This document shows positions 1 to 15,405 of a DNA stretch of 64,000 bases, one piece after another; positions within the stretch are counted from its first letter, which is position 1, and every line of letters begins with the position of its first letter. The position numbers and the translations under genes were made by a program. This stretch comes from the human T2T-CHM13v2.0 reference genome, Homo sapiens. The stretch lies in assembly GCF_009914755.1 (NCBI RefSeq), contig NC_060926.1. One strand, written 5' to 3'. The notes under the pieces are model-generated. The model saw only the letters and a program-made list of their open reading frames with translations. It was not told the origin of the DNA and did not search any database.

Positions 1-251
1 AATTACAGGCGTGAGCCACCATGTACCAGTATTTTATTTTTAAATCTGAATTTGAATGACTTCAGATGGGTTCCAAATCTGCCAGTTTGACATAGTCTCA
101 GCCCATATCTCATCCTTTTTTAGTTTTATAACTGACCTCATTCATTCATTTGTGATTCTTGTTTTGTTTTTAGTCAAATGAGTTTGTAATCCTGGCATAA
201 AGTGTAAAGTCCCTACTACCTCCAGAAATCCTCAAGTTTTATGCCCTAGAG

Positions 252-462
252 CAAGATTTCTCAACAGTGGTAATACAGACATTTTGAAATGGATAATTCT
301 GTTTTGGGGGGTGCAATCCTGTTCACTGTAGGATTCTCAGCAGCATCCTGGGCCTCTACCCACTAGATACCCCCTAGTCACATCCCTTACTTGAGACAAT
401 TTAAAATGTCTCCAGACACTACCATCCTACGGGACCAAATTGCTCCAAATTGAAAACCACTG
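252..462 (-). mobile_element. MER20 (hAT-Charlie MITE)
   Basis: Matches the reverse complement of recalled MER20 (gcagcatcctgggcctctacccactagat; tgaaaaccactg end). Confidence 0.75.
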
Positions 463-893
463 TCCAAGAGAAACCCGTGATAAGAATTTCTAAGGTATCC
501 TTCTAGACAATTTCTATGTCAGTAATAGCAAGTTGTGCAAATAGTGAAGTTTGTGTCTCCATCCCTTTTTTTTTTTTTACAATTTATATTTACCCTTAAC
601 AATTTATCACAAGTATTATTCCTTGTTCTTACAAACAAATAAATGTACCATATGCCATATGTTGAAACAGTGGAAAAGATTTTCGCTGTATGGAACTATC
701 ATAATTTATTTAATCAACCATGTTCTCGGTCCCTTGCTCCCCTCCAACCCCCTGGATTTTTTTCACCTGTGTGCATGGAAAAAGCTAGAGAAAGGAAACC
801 TCTCTGATAAACTGATGAAATATAAGGATGAAGAGAGATTACAGGTGTATGGAGGCAGCAAGAGCTAAAGGGCTTTCTCTGCCAATGCTGCCA

Positions 894-1290
894 TTTGGTT
901 TATTGCTTTGCCATCTGTTTTGTTTTGTTTTGTTTCAGACAGGGTCTTACTCTGTTGCCCAGGCTGGAGCACAGTGGTACAATCTCAGTTCACTGCAGCC
1001 TCAACCTCCCAGGCTGAAGCGATCCTCCGGCCTCAGCCTCCCAAGTAGCTAGAACTATAGGAGTGTGCCACCTGGCTAATTTTTTTTTTTTTTTTTTATA
1101 GAAACAGGGTCTCCCTGTGTTTCCCAGGCTGATCATTGAACTCCTGGGCTCATGCAATCTACCCGCCTTGGCCTCCCAAAGTGTTGGGATTACAGGCATG
1201 AGCCACCGCGCGCAGCCTGCAATCTCTTTCAAAAGCAAGGATTGGGCTACAAAACAGCTGATCACTTTTCCTGATAATCCTTGCTTCATG
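894..1290 (-). pseudogene. Decayed partial duplicate of the 1943-2085 ZRANB3 exon, split by an Alu
   Basis: 1218-1290 aligns to 1975-2047 at 63/74 columns and 894-908 to 1960-1974 at 14/15. Carries two 1-nt indels and a CAA>TAA stop. Confidence 0.85.
917..1217 (-). mobile_element. Alu (AluJ-like) inserted into the duplicated exon
   Basis: Dimeric Alu with (TTTTG)n tail. Approximate TSD tgccatctgttt / tgcaatctcttt. Confidence 0.9.
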
Positions 1291-1942
1291 CTAAGAAAAG
1301 AGTTTACAAAGAACAGGGATTTGAGATCACACATGGGGAGACTTGAGTGGGATAAAGATGATTGTGATGACAAGGAAGGAAATCAATGTACAGAGATTAG
1401 AAAGGAACCTGTAATGATAAGGACAAAACAGTCACAAATATCTGACGGTCAACCTTTCCTTTTATTTCATTTCCAATCATGGACATGATTATAGTTATCT
1501 TCCATTACTTGGGTGGTGATGCATTCAAATAGAACCAGCTCCCTTGCTGCACAGCATCATACTCACGCACAGCAGGGCAAAGCAGATGGGGTCCAGAGGC
1601 ATGCTCTGATGTTCTAAGAGTAAAATGTATTCCTGCTGCTAATAAGTGTCCCAGGCTTGGCAGGTCATAGGTTGCACCATCCTGTGACTCTGGTCTTTTT
1701 GTTGATTGATGGGACTCATGGAGAGTAAGATCTGGACAACCTGATCTCTTTTAGCAGATTTTGTCAAATTCACTAGACATATAATTATCTTGTTATGAAA
1801 CAATATGGCTGTGATTTTATGCATAATTTTCTCATAACTCATCAGGATTTCATTAGTGGTTCCAAAAGATGCCTCAGACCCCCCTGTAGAAAGAACCATG
1901 AAAAGTAATATAATACAAAATTTAAAAAAAGACAACTCATAC

Positions 1943-2085
1943 CTTTTGGTGCAATTTTGTTTGGTTTGTTGCTTTGTGATCTCTTCCAAAGCAAGAATTG
2001 GGCTACAGAATAGCTGTCCACTTTTCCTGATTATCCTTTGCTTCATGGCAGTTAGACTACTCCATTCTCGAACAAATCTCAAAAT
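1943..2085 (-). CDS. ZRANB3: ZRANB3 coding exon ([48 protein letters not shown])
   Basis: 143 nt between gccAG and GTatga. Overlaps ORF 1639..2082. Phase 0/2. Confidence 0.94.
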
Positions 2086-2292
2086 CTGGCAGAAAATGAG
2101 ATAATAAGAGTTAACAGCTCACAGGCAGATATCTTCCTTTGAATGTGAGCCTATTTACAACATCAGAAAACTGCTATTTTGTTATGTCCCCCAAATAGGC
2201 TTTTGAGTTCCATAACCTAAGGCTTTCTTCAATTTGATGCAGTTTTCATATCTTTATTGTAAACTACCTACAGCAGTTCTCAAGAGATATCT

Positions 2293-2589
2293 CTTTTTTT
2301 TCTTTTTGATAGGGTCTTGCTCTGTTGTCCAGGCTGGAGTGCAGTGGCATGATCACGGCTTACTGCAGCCTTGACCTCCTGGGCTCCAGCAGTCCTCCTG
2401 CTGCCTTAGTCTCCTGAGTAGCTGGGACTACAGGCACATGCCACCATACCTGGCTAGTTTTTCTATTTTCTGTAGTGACAGGGTCTCACTATGTTGCCCA
2501 GGCTCGTCTTAAACTCCTGGGCCAAAGTGATCCTCCTGCCTCAGCCCCCAAAGTGTTGGCATTACAGGTGTGAGCCATCTCACCCAGCC
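2293..2589 (-). mobile_element. Alu (AluJ-like)
   Basis: Full Alu with T-tail; flanked by aagagat repeats. Confidence 0.9.
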
Positions 2590-3554
2590 AAGAGATCTTT
2601 TTCAAGCCAAAGATTCTCTAAAGGCATGTTTCAGGACATGCAGTGTATGCCCTTAACACACATAGATCAACAGTGATAATATGCTCATTGAGACCAAAAA
2701 AGGTCTGGAAGTACATACCCTAGCTGGGGTCAAGGCAAAACTGGGTGACAGAATGATAGTGCAACATCTGAGAATTGCTTCGTAAATGATGCCTACGTTT
2801 TCACAGGAAAAAAAACATCAATAAATCTGGGACATTTTTAGTAGGGTTACCAGTCAAGTATACACAACTGGCTATTTTCTGGGACTCTGAGAATCAGGGT
2901 TAGATGATTCCAAGTAAATAGCTTACTGCTCCCTTTTCATTTAAAACAGGTATAGTTGACCTACGGGCAATGCTTCATTTCCACTCAAATGGTAAAAAAA
3001 AAAAAATCACCATTTTCTTGTAAAAATAGCACACAGCATGCTAGGTTAGTCCCTGCGCATGATGACCCTTCTTGGCAGTGAAGGAAAATCAGCCACAGAT
3101 CAGTGTTAAGACCTCCCTGGCAGGAACTTGGCCTGAAGCTGCATGCTAGTGCTTCTGATAATGAATCAAGAATCACCCAATAAGGTATTATCTCTGCTCT
3201 GGGAATTTGTCATTGTTAGAACTTAACCTTAATAGAAAAAATGTGATTCTAGCAGATACAAATATCACAGTTGCTAATAGTGTGAATGAGAAATTAAATA
3301 ATGTGAGGATGATTCTATCCACAGAAACAGCAACTGTAGGTGTGATCATTTGCCAAGGAAACAGATTTCACATATATTCTTAGCACTGGGTAATTAATAG
3401 GCACCACCTAGAATGATGAAAATGCAACCAGTGATTTGACTCTACAACATGCCACAAAGTGCTTTTTTAAAATTAAACTAAAAATGATCATTAAAATTAC
3501 TAAAACAAGTTTATTTAAAGTAAATAAAGCCATTTTATTTAAAACTATTCTTAC

Positions 3555-3656
3555 CAGTGAGCGATATTGTTTCAGCTGAAAGCTTGCTGGTAAATCTTCC
3601 CAAAGGTCTAATTTTATATCCAGAGGAATGAAATTACAGCTCATCTGTTTTCCATC
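3555..3656 (-). CDS. ZRANB3: ZRANB3 coding exon (DGKQMSCNFIPLDIKLDLWEDLPASFQLKQYRSL)
   Basis: 102 nt between tcAG and GTaag. Lies inside ORF 3408..3704. Confidence 0.94.
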
Positions 3657-4347
3657 CTGATGATAGATTAGGAAGACACTAATAATCCATTTTTGTATAG
3701 GCACTAGTAACTATTTTAAATGAAAATAATTACATTATGACACAATATGCCTAGTCTCCTAAAAGAAAAACTGAGGTGACACATTCTAGACAAGGGTCCA
3801 CCAAAATGGCTCCTCTGGAGAAACTGTGAGCCAAGAAGAGGAGGCAGGCTCTCTACCGCACTGGATGCCTCCATTGCCCATGCCTAGCCCAAGGCTATTG
3901 CCTTCAGCCTGGAATCCTTTGTTTACTGCTGTGTCATACTCTTTTCTATTGACTAATCTTGGAAAGATGTATCAAAACAATAAAATTTGTACACTGCAAA
4001 TTAATATAGAAGAATATTACATCCTTGAAGTTAACAGTAGCACAACCATTCCAAATTTGCAAATAAACTTCTTTATACTCACTGACAATACAAGTATCAC
4101 ATCAAAGAATGGTATCAAGGAATAGTCTTAATAATCTTCACCAAATGATATGCCTGTCCATTGTTACAGGAACAAGGAAGTAAAGAGAAGGTAGAAAGAT
4201 CAATTCTAGAGAAATTACTTAAAAATTGGCTCCCCCAAAGCAATGTCACAGTATCAGTCAATGAGGACTGTCTGCCAATGGTACCACCTGGAGAGTAAGT
4301 GGAACTGCATTTAGGTCCCATCAATCGGTGCACAACATCCTGAAATC

Positions 4348-4682
4348 TTTTTTTTCCCTTTTTTTTTGAGACAAGGTATCACTCTGTCACCCAGGCTGGG
4401 GTGCGGCAGCATGATCTCAGCTCACTGCAGCCTCAACGTCCTGGGCCCAGGTGATCCTCCCATCTCAGCCTCCCAAGTAGCTGGAATTACAGGCACGTTC
4501 CACCACGCCTGGCTAATTTTTTATATTTTTTGTAGAGACAGGTTTTCAACATGTTGCCCAGGCTGGTCTCAAAATCCTGGGCTCAAGTGATCCTACCACC
4601 TTGAACTCCTGGGCTCAAGTGATTCTCCCGCCTCCGCCTCCCAAAGTGCTAGGATTATAGGCATGAGCCACCACGCCCAGCC
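4348..4682 (-). mobile_element. Alu with short internal duplication
   Basis: TSD cctgaaatctt; tcctgggctcaagtgat occurs twice. Confidence 0.9.
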
Positions 4683-4895
4683 CCTGAAATCTTAAGGGTA
4701 GAAAGTAACCACATACAGCGGTGTAGTAGAGCTATTTCCTTTATAAAGGGGAAGAAGAACATCTCATACGAAAATCTATTATATCAACAATAGTTGAACT
4801 CATATTCTCTCAGCCAAAAAAAAAAAAAAGTTACAGCTCCCACAATTGCTTTGGAGAAAAACATACAAAAAGTAGGCACTGATTAAAAATTTTGA

Positions 4896-5692
<797 letters not shown>

Positions 5693-6600
5693 TGAAAAGA
5701 TATGTCAACAACTCATCTGCTTAGTGTCTTGTGTTTGGAAAATTATTTGGGTGATAACATTTTATGGTAAAGGGACATGTAAGTATTTAGAACAGTCATA
5801 AAAATATATTTGAGACCATTAACAGAGATGTCAAGAAGAAGCAGGCTACTAGGCTGGTGGCAGAGCCTGAATACGGGTCAGTGAGGTGGTCGCTGTGGTT
5901 TGGTTTGGCAGCAGGTGCATTATACCCTCTACCAGGAGCTTGCAGTTCTCTCCGTCTCCACCCCAACGGGGATAAAACATTGATCAGGTAATCCAAGAGG
6001 CAGAGCTTTCATTGTATAGAGTAAAAAAAGATTAAAGAATTTAAGGGCTTCTGGATTTCTGTGGTATGCTCTGCCTGGTGTCTGTCCTTTGGTTTCTCTA
6101 CCCTCTTGGGACCATTTCTCTGTCCCTCTCATGTGATGGTCTGAGAAAGAGGCATGGCCTAAAGATCCCCCAACATGGGGCATGAGGGTGGCTCAGGCAC
6201 TTAAACCTGCCTCAAGATGAATAAAGGAGTCATTGGTGCTCCCTGCAGCCTGGTTCACCATGTCAGAGGCTCCACTTGGTAGACCAGGCTCCAAACCTAT
6301 AAGAGGAGCATTGATTACTGCCTGGCTTGGTTCTTGGTGTCTCTCTCTCAGTTATTGTCCATGCTAGAGGCTGCTTGGGGATTCTGGTATTCAAAATCCT
6401 AGCCATCTCCTCCTAAAAGAATATTATTACATGGTACACTATCTATCTATATCTATATTCGGTTTAGTAGAAAACCTGTAACTGAAAGTTTGGTCATCTC
6501 CAACATATTATCTTTTAAACATCGATATAATGGACCATGAGTTTTAAAAGTTTCAAATACTATCTTATATACTTATAAAGATTAGAAATTTAAAATTTTA

Positions 6601-6899
<299 letters not shown>

Positions 6900-6929
6900 T
6901 TAAAATTTTAGACCAAATAAAAGTATTCA

Positions 6930-8255
<1,326 letters not shown>

Positions 8256-8903
8256 AGCTAGCCTATGGCAGGAATCAGCAATCATCTGACAAAAAGCTTC
8301 CTAACATTTACTCAACACAAATGGGCAGGTCTAGGCTTCTGTAAGGATGCTGCTGCTCCTGCTGCTGCAAGTGATCATTGCAGGAATTAACATTTATGGA
8401 GAGTTCATATAGGCCAGGCACTGTGCTAAGTGCTTTACAGGACTCAGCTTGTTTTATCTTTATAACAAATCCTGTCTGCATTTTATTTTTTATTATTTTA
8501 ACAATTTTTAATTTTTAAGGGTACACAGTAGGTTTATATATTTATGGGATACATGAGATATTTTGATACTGGCATACAATGTGTAATAATCACATCAGGG
8601 TAAATGGGGTATACCACATTTTACAGTTGAGGAAATTGATGCACTGAGCAGTTGAGTAATGTGTCCAAGATTACATACTAACAGATTTGAACTGAAGCAG
8701 TCTAGCCCTGAAGTCTATGTTCTTAAAGACGTGTGGTTTTACCTCTCATTGTCTGTAGATTTAACACAGAAATTTGAGAATTAGCTTTGAGGAAAATAAC
8801 TAGATGCTTATCTCAATGTTAATAAAATTAAGTATCTCCACTGAAAAGTGAAAAAAGGAAGTCTTTTTTATGTTTCAAGTTACAGAATCTGCATGACGCT
8901 TAC

Positions 8904-8995
8904 CTTAGTATAGATGTGAATCCGGTCAGTATTCCTACTTGCACAGAACATTAAGGTGTCATACACTGGCAAAGTGTCTGAACTCTTCCACTGTT
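8904..8995 (-). CDS. ZRANB3: ZRANB3 coding exon (eQWKSSDTLPVYDTLMFCASRNTDRIHIYTK)
   Basis: 92 nt between aatAG and GTaagc. Phase 1/0 restores the frame. Translation matches recalled ZRANB3. Confidence 0.93.
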
Positions 8996-9899
8996 CTATT
9001 AAAGAAGACAAAAGAGAACCTGAAGGCTTATCTACCCTCTATCTAAAATAGCTTATTTTAATCGTGTGTAGGTTAGAACGATGAAATAGCTATATCAAAA
9101 TATCAATATATTTAACAAAAAGTAATTGTCTAGGCTTGAAATAAAACTACCACGGTAGGCCATTGAAGAGCATATTGGCTTATATGGTAACCAATTGTTT
9201 TACATTTTTGCTAATGATCTAACAAGAAACAAACAGATTCAGAATTAGCTGAAAAAATACAAGTTGGTAGGCATAAGGAAGAATTTCCACCAATAAGAGC
9301 TGCTATTGGTCTTGAAAAAATTTAGACTAATCTATTCCTTTTGCTAGAGTAGATTTGAGACCGAATGAGCATCATTTTGATTATTAGCAGCAACATCGCT
9401 ATGTTGAGGGCCACTTAAATGCCTGATTCCCTGTAGCCTGGTGCCTGACATTCACAAAAGAAGATAAGCAGACAAGCTTCTTTTCTGATAATCTCTTCTT
9501 TTTTAGCCCTTTCTCAGTCCTACTGTCCAATATATTTTGCAGGAGATACAGGATTATCAACGCAGGTCTAAATAACAATTATAGTTAACATTTAGTGAGC
9601 ACATACAATGTGCCAGGCACTGTTGTAGGTACATACAGTAACACCTTTTAGAAATAAATAGTGCATTTTACATAGGAAGAAACTGAGGCACGTTAACTTA
9701 CTTATGGTCATATGGCTAGTAAGAGGATGTAAAACCTGCAAGCTGGCTCCAGAGTCTGTGCTCTTACCTTCTCTCACAGTTCCTCAGTGATCTTTTAAAG
9801 TACTTTCCCAGACCTAGAAGTCTATGATTTGTTTGCCATTCTACTTGGCAATGTCATCATACTATTATTTTTCTAATCAAGGCATTGCCCACTTTACAA

Positions 9900-10560
9900 A
9901 CTTGATTTATGAATTATTCCCTTATTTTGTAAATTCAAAAACGCACTTTAACATCTCTGAAACTGGCATGTCTTACAGCCAATAACAACAATGGCATTTT
10001 ACAATCATTGCTGGCCATGTGGCAGTTGTAAAATAGTTGTCTTTGCCTTAGTATGGATGAGCTGAGTCATAGCTGTAATACTATTGTCACTTTTACACTA
10101 CACATGAGGTATATGCATTGTTGCTACTATATGTATTTACTTTATTACCTTTAAAATGTCTTTAAATTTTTTCACTATGATTTGGTATTGAAATGAAAAG
10201 TTATCATGTATACCATAAAACTTGGATACAGACCAGGAAAGCATAAACTTGGTATTAAAGAAGCAAATGTGTATCACTGGAGGAATAACCAAAATATCTT
10301 ATTTTCTTGTAAAGGAATAATGGAGTGCTTCATGGTACTGAAGGAAGCAAGAGCTCTGCAAATAGAGGAAAGTGTCTTACATTGGTTACTGAGATGTTCA
10401 AAAGGGTTGCCTATTACATGCCAAAGAAAGCAACTGAAAGCAGGAGAAATTGCCAAATCCCTCAGAATAAATGAAAGAAATGTCCAAGCAACAGAGGATG
10501 ATGTGGCCTGGCCTGGGCTATCATTAAGGTATTGTGTCATAGCTTAATTGGCAGTTTTCT
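9900..10560 (+). mobile_element. Tc2/pogo-like (Kanga/Tigger-type) transposase fragment
   Basis: ORF 10206..10547 contains KGLPITCQRKQLKAGEIAKSL...GLSLR, resembling a CENP-B-type HTH of pogo transposases. Degenerate. Confidence 0.6.
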
Positions 10561-12289
10561 TTGAAGAACTATGCATTAATGCTTAAAGATCAGAAGCCAT
10601 TCTTTGATAAAAATAACTGTAACAACAATTCCAAATCAGTTGATATTAATTCTTGATAGCTATCAGCTATATTAGGGAACATATTTCTCTTTTCAGTGTT
10701 GCCATGAAGTGTAAATTAATGGTTTGAGACTATAGATGATGCATCTATGGTCATTCTTCCAAACTCCTGGAATTCCAGAGAGAACAAAACTACAGTTCTA
10801 GAGTAGTATGTACCACTCTGGTTCTAAAAGAGCATATGTAGGTAGAATAAGCATTTAACATAGTGTGCCTACTTTGTTTTCTGTTTGTTTTTCATGGAAA
10901 TCCATGTTAGTGGAAAGATGTGAAGCATACCTCTTATGTGGAATTCTCAGCCCAGTGATCTGAAAAGTCAAAAGAGGGAAGCACGACTAGGTAAGGGGTA
11001 AATGCTGGCATTGTCTGGAGTGAATGAGGGCAAAGCAAATTTCACTGGCAGAACAAAACTTCAAAGTGATTTTTAAAAAACATTTGTAAGTACAAGCTAA
11101 CATGTTTTTATCAAGAGATCAATGTACAACTAACAAGCCAATACTTCCCTGCCATAGATGAAGAGACTCATAGCCCAGGTGATGACAATTGCCAGGTGTT
11201 GGTTCCTAGTCTCATATTTAGTTCACTGAGCCATATGCTGTCCCATTACCAGAGTTTCATCAGCACTTGAGAGTTTCTCACAGTGAGATCAAGAAAACTA
11301 GAGACACAAAAGAGTATAACCCACCTGAGTCTACACTGTCTACTTAAAAGCTGTTAAAATTAACAGATCTAAACAGATCCATTCCAAGACATGCTTTGGG
11401 AAGACCTTGAGGAGTTAGAAGGAAGGCTGAGAGAAGAAGAAAGAAGGATGCCTTGAGCTCAGAAATTCTTAAATGAACATTTCATTTTAAAGCTATGAGT
11501 CAGACTCTAAATTATATTAGTGTTTAATAGCAACTAACTTAGAAGAAAAGCTTCAACAGTCTCATCCCAACTATTGGGTTTATCTGAATAAGAATATCAA
11601 TCTGTATGTTACTATGGTCACTAAATGAGTAACAAGGAAAATAACCCAAAAGTACTCAGTCTCTTGCCAGCTAGCCCATAAACGATAGTGAAATATGACA
11701 TACAGGCTAGTATTTGCTAACCATCACAGCTATAAATAATGAATGGAATCAACCAAAAAGTAAACAAACCCAAAACACTGTATGGTTGGCTACAAATGCA
11801 GTCATGATTCATACAGTCTTGACATTATGTTCCCTAAAAACATTTTCTTTAAAATACTTTTTTAAAAATATGCCAATTAAGTATAACTATTTACAAGAAT
11901 TTTTGTGTAAAGGATTAATGATATGCTAAGTGTTAGTTAATTATCTGTCAGTCTTACTGTTTTGTCCCAAAGCACCTCCCAAATATCAAAACAACACCCT
12001 TACTGTGTGAATGAGCTAGGCTTGGTTGAGGCTGGGCAACAGGCCTGGTGGCAGCACATGTAGCTATTTATCGGTTTTGCTCTATGTGTAATGTCTGAAT
12101 GCCAACAGACACACTCAGCTCTTCTAGACATCTGGTGTTTAAGTATGTGGTTACAAATGGTTGGTATTTTTAATATAAAAGAGAGTAAAAGGAACCTGGA
12201 ACAAGGTAGTAATTACTAATCTAATAACAGTATTATGTGTGAAAGTATATGGTTATTACTTGGATGCTAGAAATGGAAACAAGACTTAC

Positions 12290-12493
12290 CATTACCTGGC
12301 TGGGATGTAAGTCCGTCTTCTTTCTCAATTTTTGGTGTTTCTTCCTTGCTGTCAGCCAACTGGCCAGGTTCTGACTGTGCAAGGGCTTGTTTTTCACAGT
12401 CTGAGATAGTTTGAACCTTTTTGGAGGTGTCTTTCTGAGAATCATCCTTCTCGTTTTTATCCTGGATATGGTTGAGGCTATCTATTTGCATAA
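12290..12493 (-). CDS. ZRANB3: ZRANB3 coding exon (vMQIDSLNHIQDK...DGLTSQPGN)
   Basis: 204 nt between aatAG and GTaagt. Overlaps ORF 12267..12491. Phase 1/1. Confidence 0.93.
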
Positions 12494-12589
12494 CTATTAA
12501 AATAAAAATTATTACAAAAATGTAATAATTTACATTTAAAAGTAAAGTAAAAAGAATGTAACAGTTAGGTCTTATAAAAAGAAAGTGAA

Positions 12590-13250
12590 TAATGTTTATT
12601 CATATGTTCAAAACATTTATCAGGAGCATACTATATACCCAGTACTATTCTAGATGCTGAAGAGACAGCAGGAACAGGACAGAGAAATCCCTGCATTCTA
12701 GACTCCATTCTAAATGGCAGAGAAAGACAATAAAATTAACAAATAGGTAAATAGTATATTTTCAGATAAAGAGAACACAACTAAGTTTTGTTTTTTTTTT
12801 TTTTTCAGTAAGAAGGTTTTGGAGAGCACTACTATAGCAAAAGTCATGAGGACCAAGCTCTGAGAGGAGTCCCATTTGAGCTGAGAGCTGTTCATGGCTC
12901 TAGGAAGCTTGGACTCGGGCCTATATTCTTGGTCTAAATATTCTAAATGTAACTGGAAGCCATTAAAGAGTTTTAGGCAAAGAAATAAAGGATCACTTTG
13001 GCTGCTGTGCACTGAAGGATCAGATTAATATGGAGGCTATTGAGGTCTGGGAGAAAGATGGTGGCTTTAGAGTAGGATGGTAGCAATAAAGATAAAGTGG
13101 TTGGAATCAAGATTTATTTGGAGGTTACTTGATGGGTTGAGTGTGGGAGGCGAGAAAGAGACCAAAGATACAGCCCAAGTTTTTAGCATGATGTAGTAAA
13201 GAACAGGGAGGAGAAGATTTGGGTATCAGATGTGGCAGTGGTAGAAATAT
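12590..13250. mobile_element. L2 remnant
   Basis: aaacatttatcaggagcatactatatacccag... typical of L2 terminal text; diverged. Confidence 0.5.
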
Positions 13251-13821
13251 AAATCTAATAATTATATTTTTTATATATAGTAATATCACTGTTACTTAGA
13301 CTATGTATTTCTCTCTAATCAGACTTTCTTATTCACAAAAGGTAGTTTTTATTTTTTTAAGTTGCTTGACAGATTCCTTATTGAATCATGGGTCTAGAAA
13401 TTTTCATTGTTGCTCTTGGTATTGCAAAGGAAAAATCAGAACTATAAAACCCATATTAAATTATGACTTTTGTTGCTAAATCATTCAACTTATACATTTA
13501 ATGTGAACTAACATTATTTTATAGTCACAATAGAGCTTATTTTTATTGCCTGTAGCAGTTGGGAATTGCATGCAATCATGCTAATTGTGACAGAGATATT
13601 ACATGGAATAAGCATGTGATTCCAATTTAGTTCACAGACAACAGGTGCCCACATACAAATATAACCACTCAGAGGGCAGACTTGTCAATTTTGGTGGGAG
13701 TACCCAGAAGTGAAAGAGGGAAGACTCAGCTCCTCCCTACATTTTCCTTCAAATCAAAATTAAGACAGAGAGAAGAGCAAGGCAAGAGGAAGGAACTGCA
13801 ATATCAGAATTTATATCTTAG

Positions 13822-14144
<323 letters not shown>

Positions 14145-14990
14145 GCCAATATTTTGAAGAGTTAATGTATGATGCAAAATTAGATGTGTACAATTATTAC
14201 AACTGATAAAATACAATGTGTACTTCCAGTTTCCAAAACTGTCAACTTGGCATTTTTATTACTATAAAAATGCTCTATAGAATTGGAAACAAGAATACGC
14301 ATGATCTTTTTCTTACGACAACCACGGGTATTAATAATCATTTCAGAAACTAAACATCAGAAAATGGTATCCCATGCTATAAAAACATACTTGAGGTATA
14401 TTTATGATTTCTGACTTTAAAATAATATGTTTTAAAAAAGAATAAACTCAAAAAAACCAGACATCAAATTGGTTCACAAATGAAGATTGATCCATAGAGG
14501 AGTTTTGATGCTTTGACAAGCAAAAACCATGGCACAATGTATACTGACTAGGCAAAGAAGCTACATTAGATTATTTTGCCATTTAAACATAAAAATAATC
14601 CACAATTTCCTTAAAAACAAGTATTAGCTACAGAGGAGAGAAAATAGAAGGTCTATGAGTATAAGGCATATTTGCTACCATAGCAACAGAGCTTCTATTC
14701 CTGCTCACTGAATTCATATCCTGCTGACATTAATCAGAAATGTCCATTTGTGCCAAATTAATGCCATATCACAGACGTTTGGGGATATACATTCTTGACA
14801 GAACTGAGAGCTTTTCACATTCCATAAGGGATAAATTCAGTCTTCACTATAAGAAGCTCTTATTCCAATTTAAAAGCTAAAGTTGTGCTGAGTCACACTA
14901 ACCCTGGATAACAGCAGTCTCTAAAAGCACAGGTTATCTGAAGACACCACTAACAGCCCTTACCTCCATGGTCACCTTCTATATACTCAC

Positions 14991-15405
14991 CAGCACTGCC
15001 TTGAGGAGTCTCACACATTTCACAATAAGGTAACTCTGAATTATTGATATAGGTGCAGAGACTACATTGCCAGCCCTCTACAGGAAAGGCTGGGGTGGTT
15101 AACTGGGCCTTGGCCTCCTGTACACTTTCCACGAGTGGAGTTCGGATTTGCTTGGACTGGGATGGTGTCTCTTCCGACGGACTGCAGTGGTCTTCCGAGG
15201 CAGCCAATTTCAATCTTTTCGTTTCAGGTTCAACATCACTTTCATAATCGATGATATCTCTTGCAGCTGTTTTTGTAGGGTCTGATGACACTACAGTATT
15301 TTCCTCCCGGAATCTCTTTGATTCGTCACAGGAGGTCATCAACTGTCTTTTTTTAGGTTGTGGTACAAAAAATGATCGAATATCATGCTGTTTTTCTTTT
15401 TCGAA
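14991..15405 (-). CDS. ZRANB3: ZRANB3 coding exon with PIP box (QHDIRSFF) and RanBP2-type/NZF zinc finger (WQCSLCTYIN...CEMCE)
   Basis: 415 nt between cctAG and GTgagt. Overlaps ORF 14950..15342 and has the W-x-C-x2-C-x3-N-x6-C-x2-C pattern. Phase 0/1. Confidence 0.96.

Noticed and set aside
5800-6390. Relatively GC-rich non-Alu stretch, possible pseudogene or ncRNA
   Set aside because: No recognisable product, TSD or poly-A; it cannot be supported without a search.
8990-8997. Second AG 5 nt inside the 8904-8995 exon
   Set aside because: Its use would frameshift, and there is no support beyond the dinucleotide.
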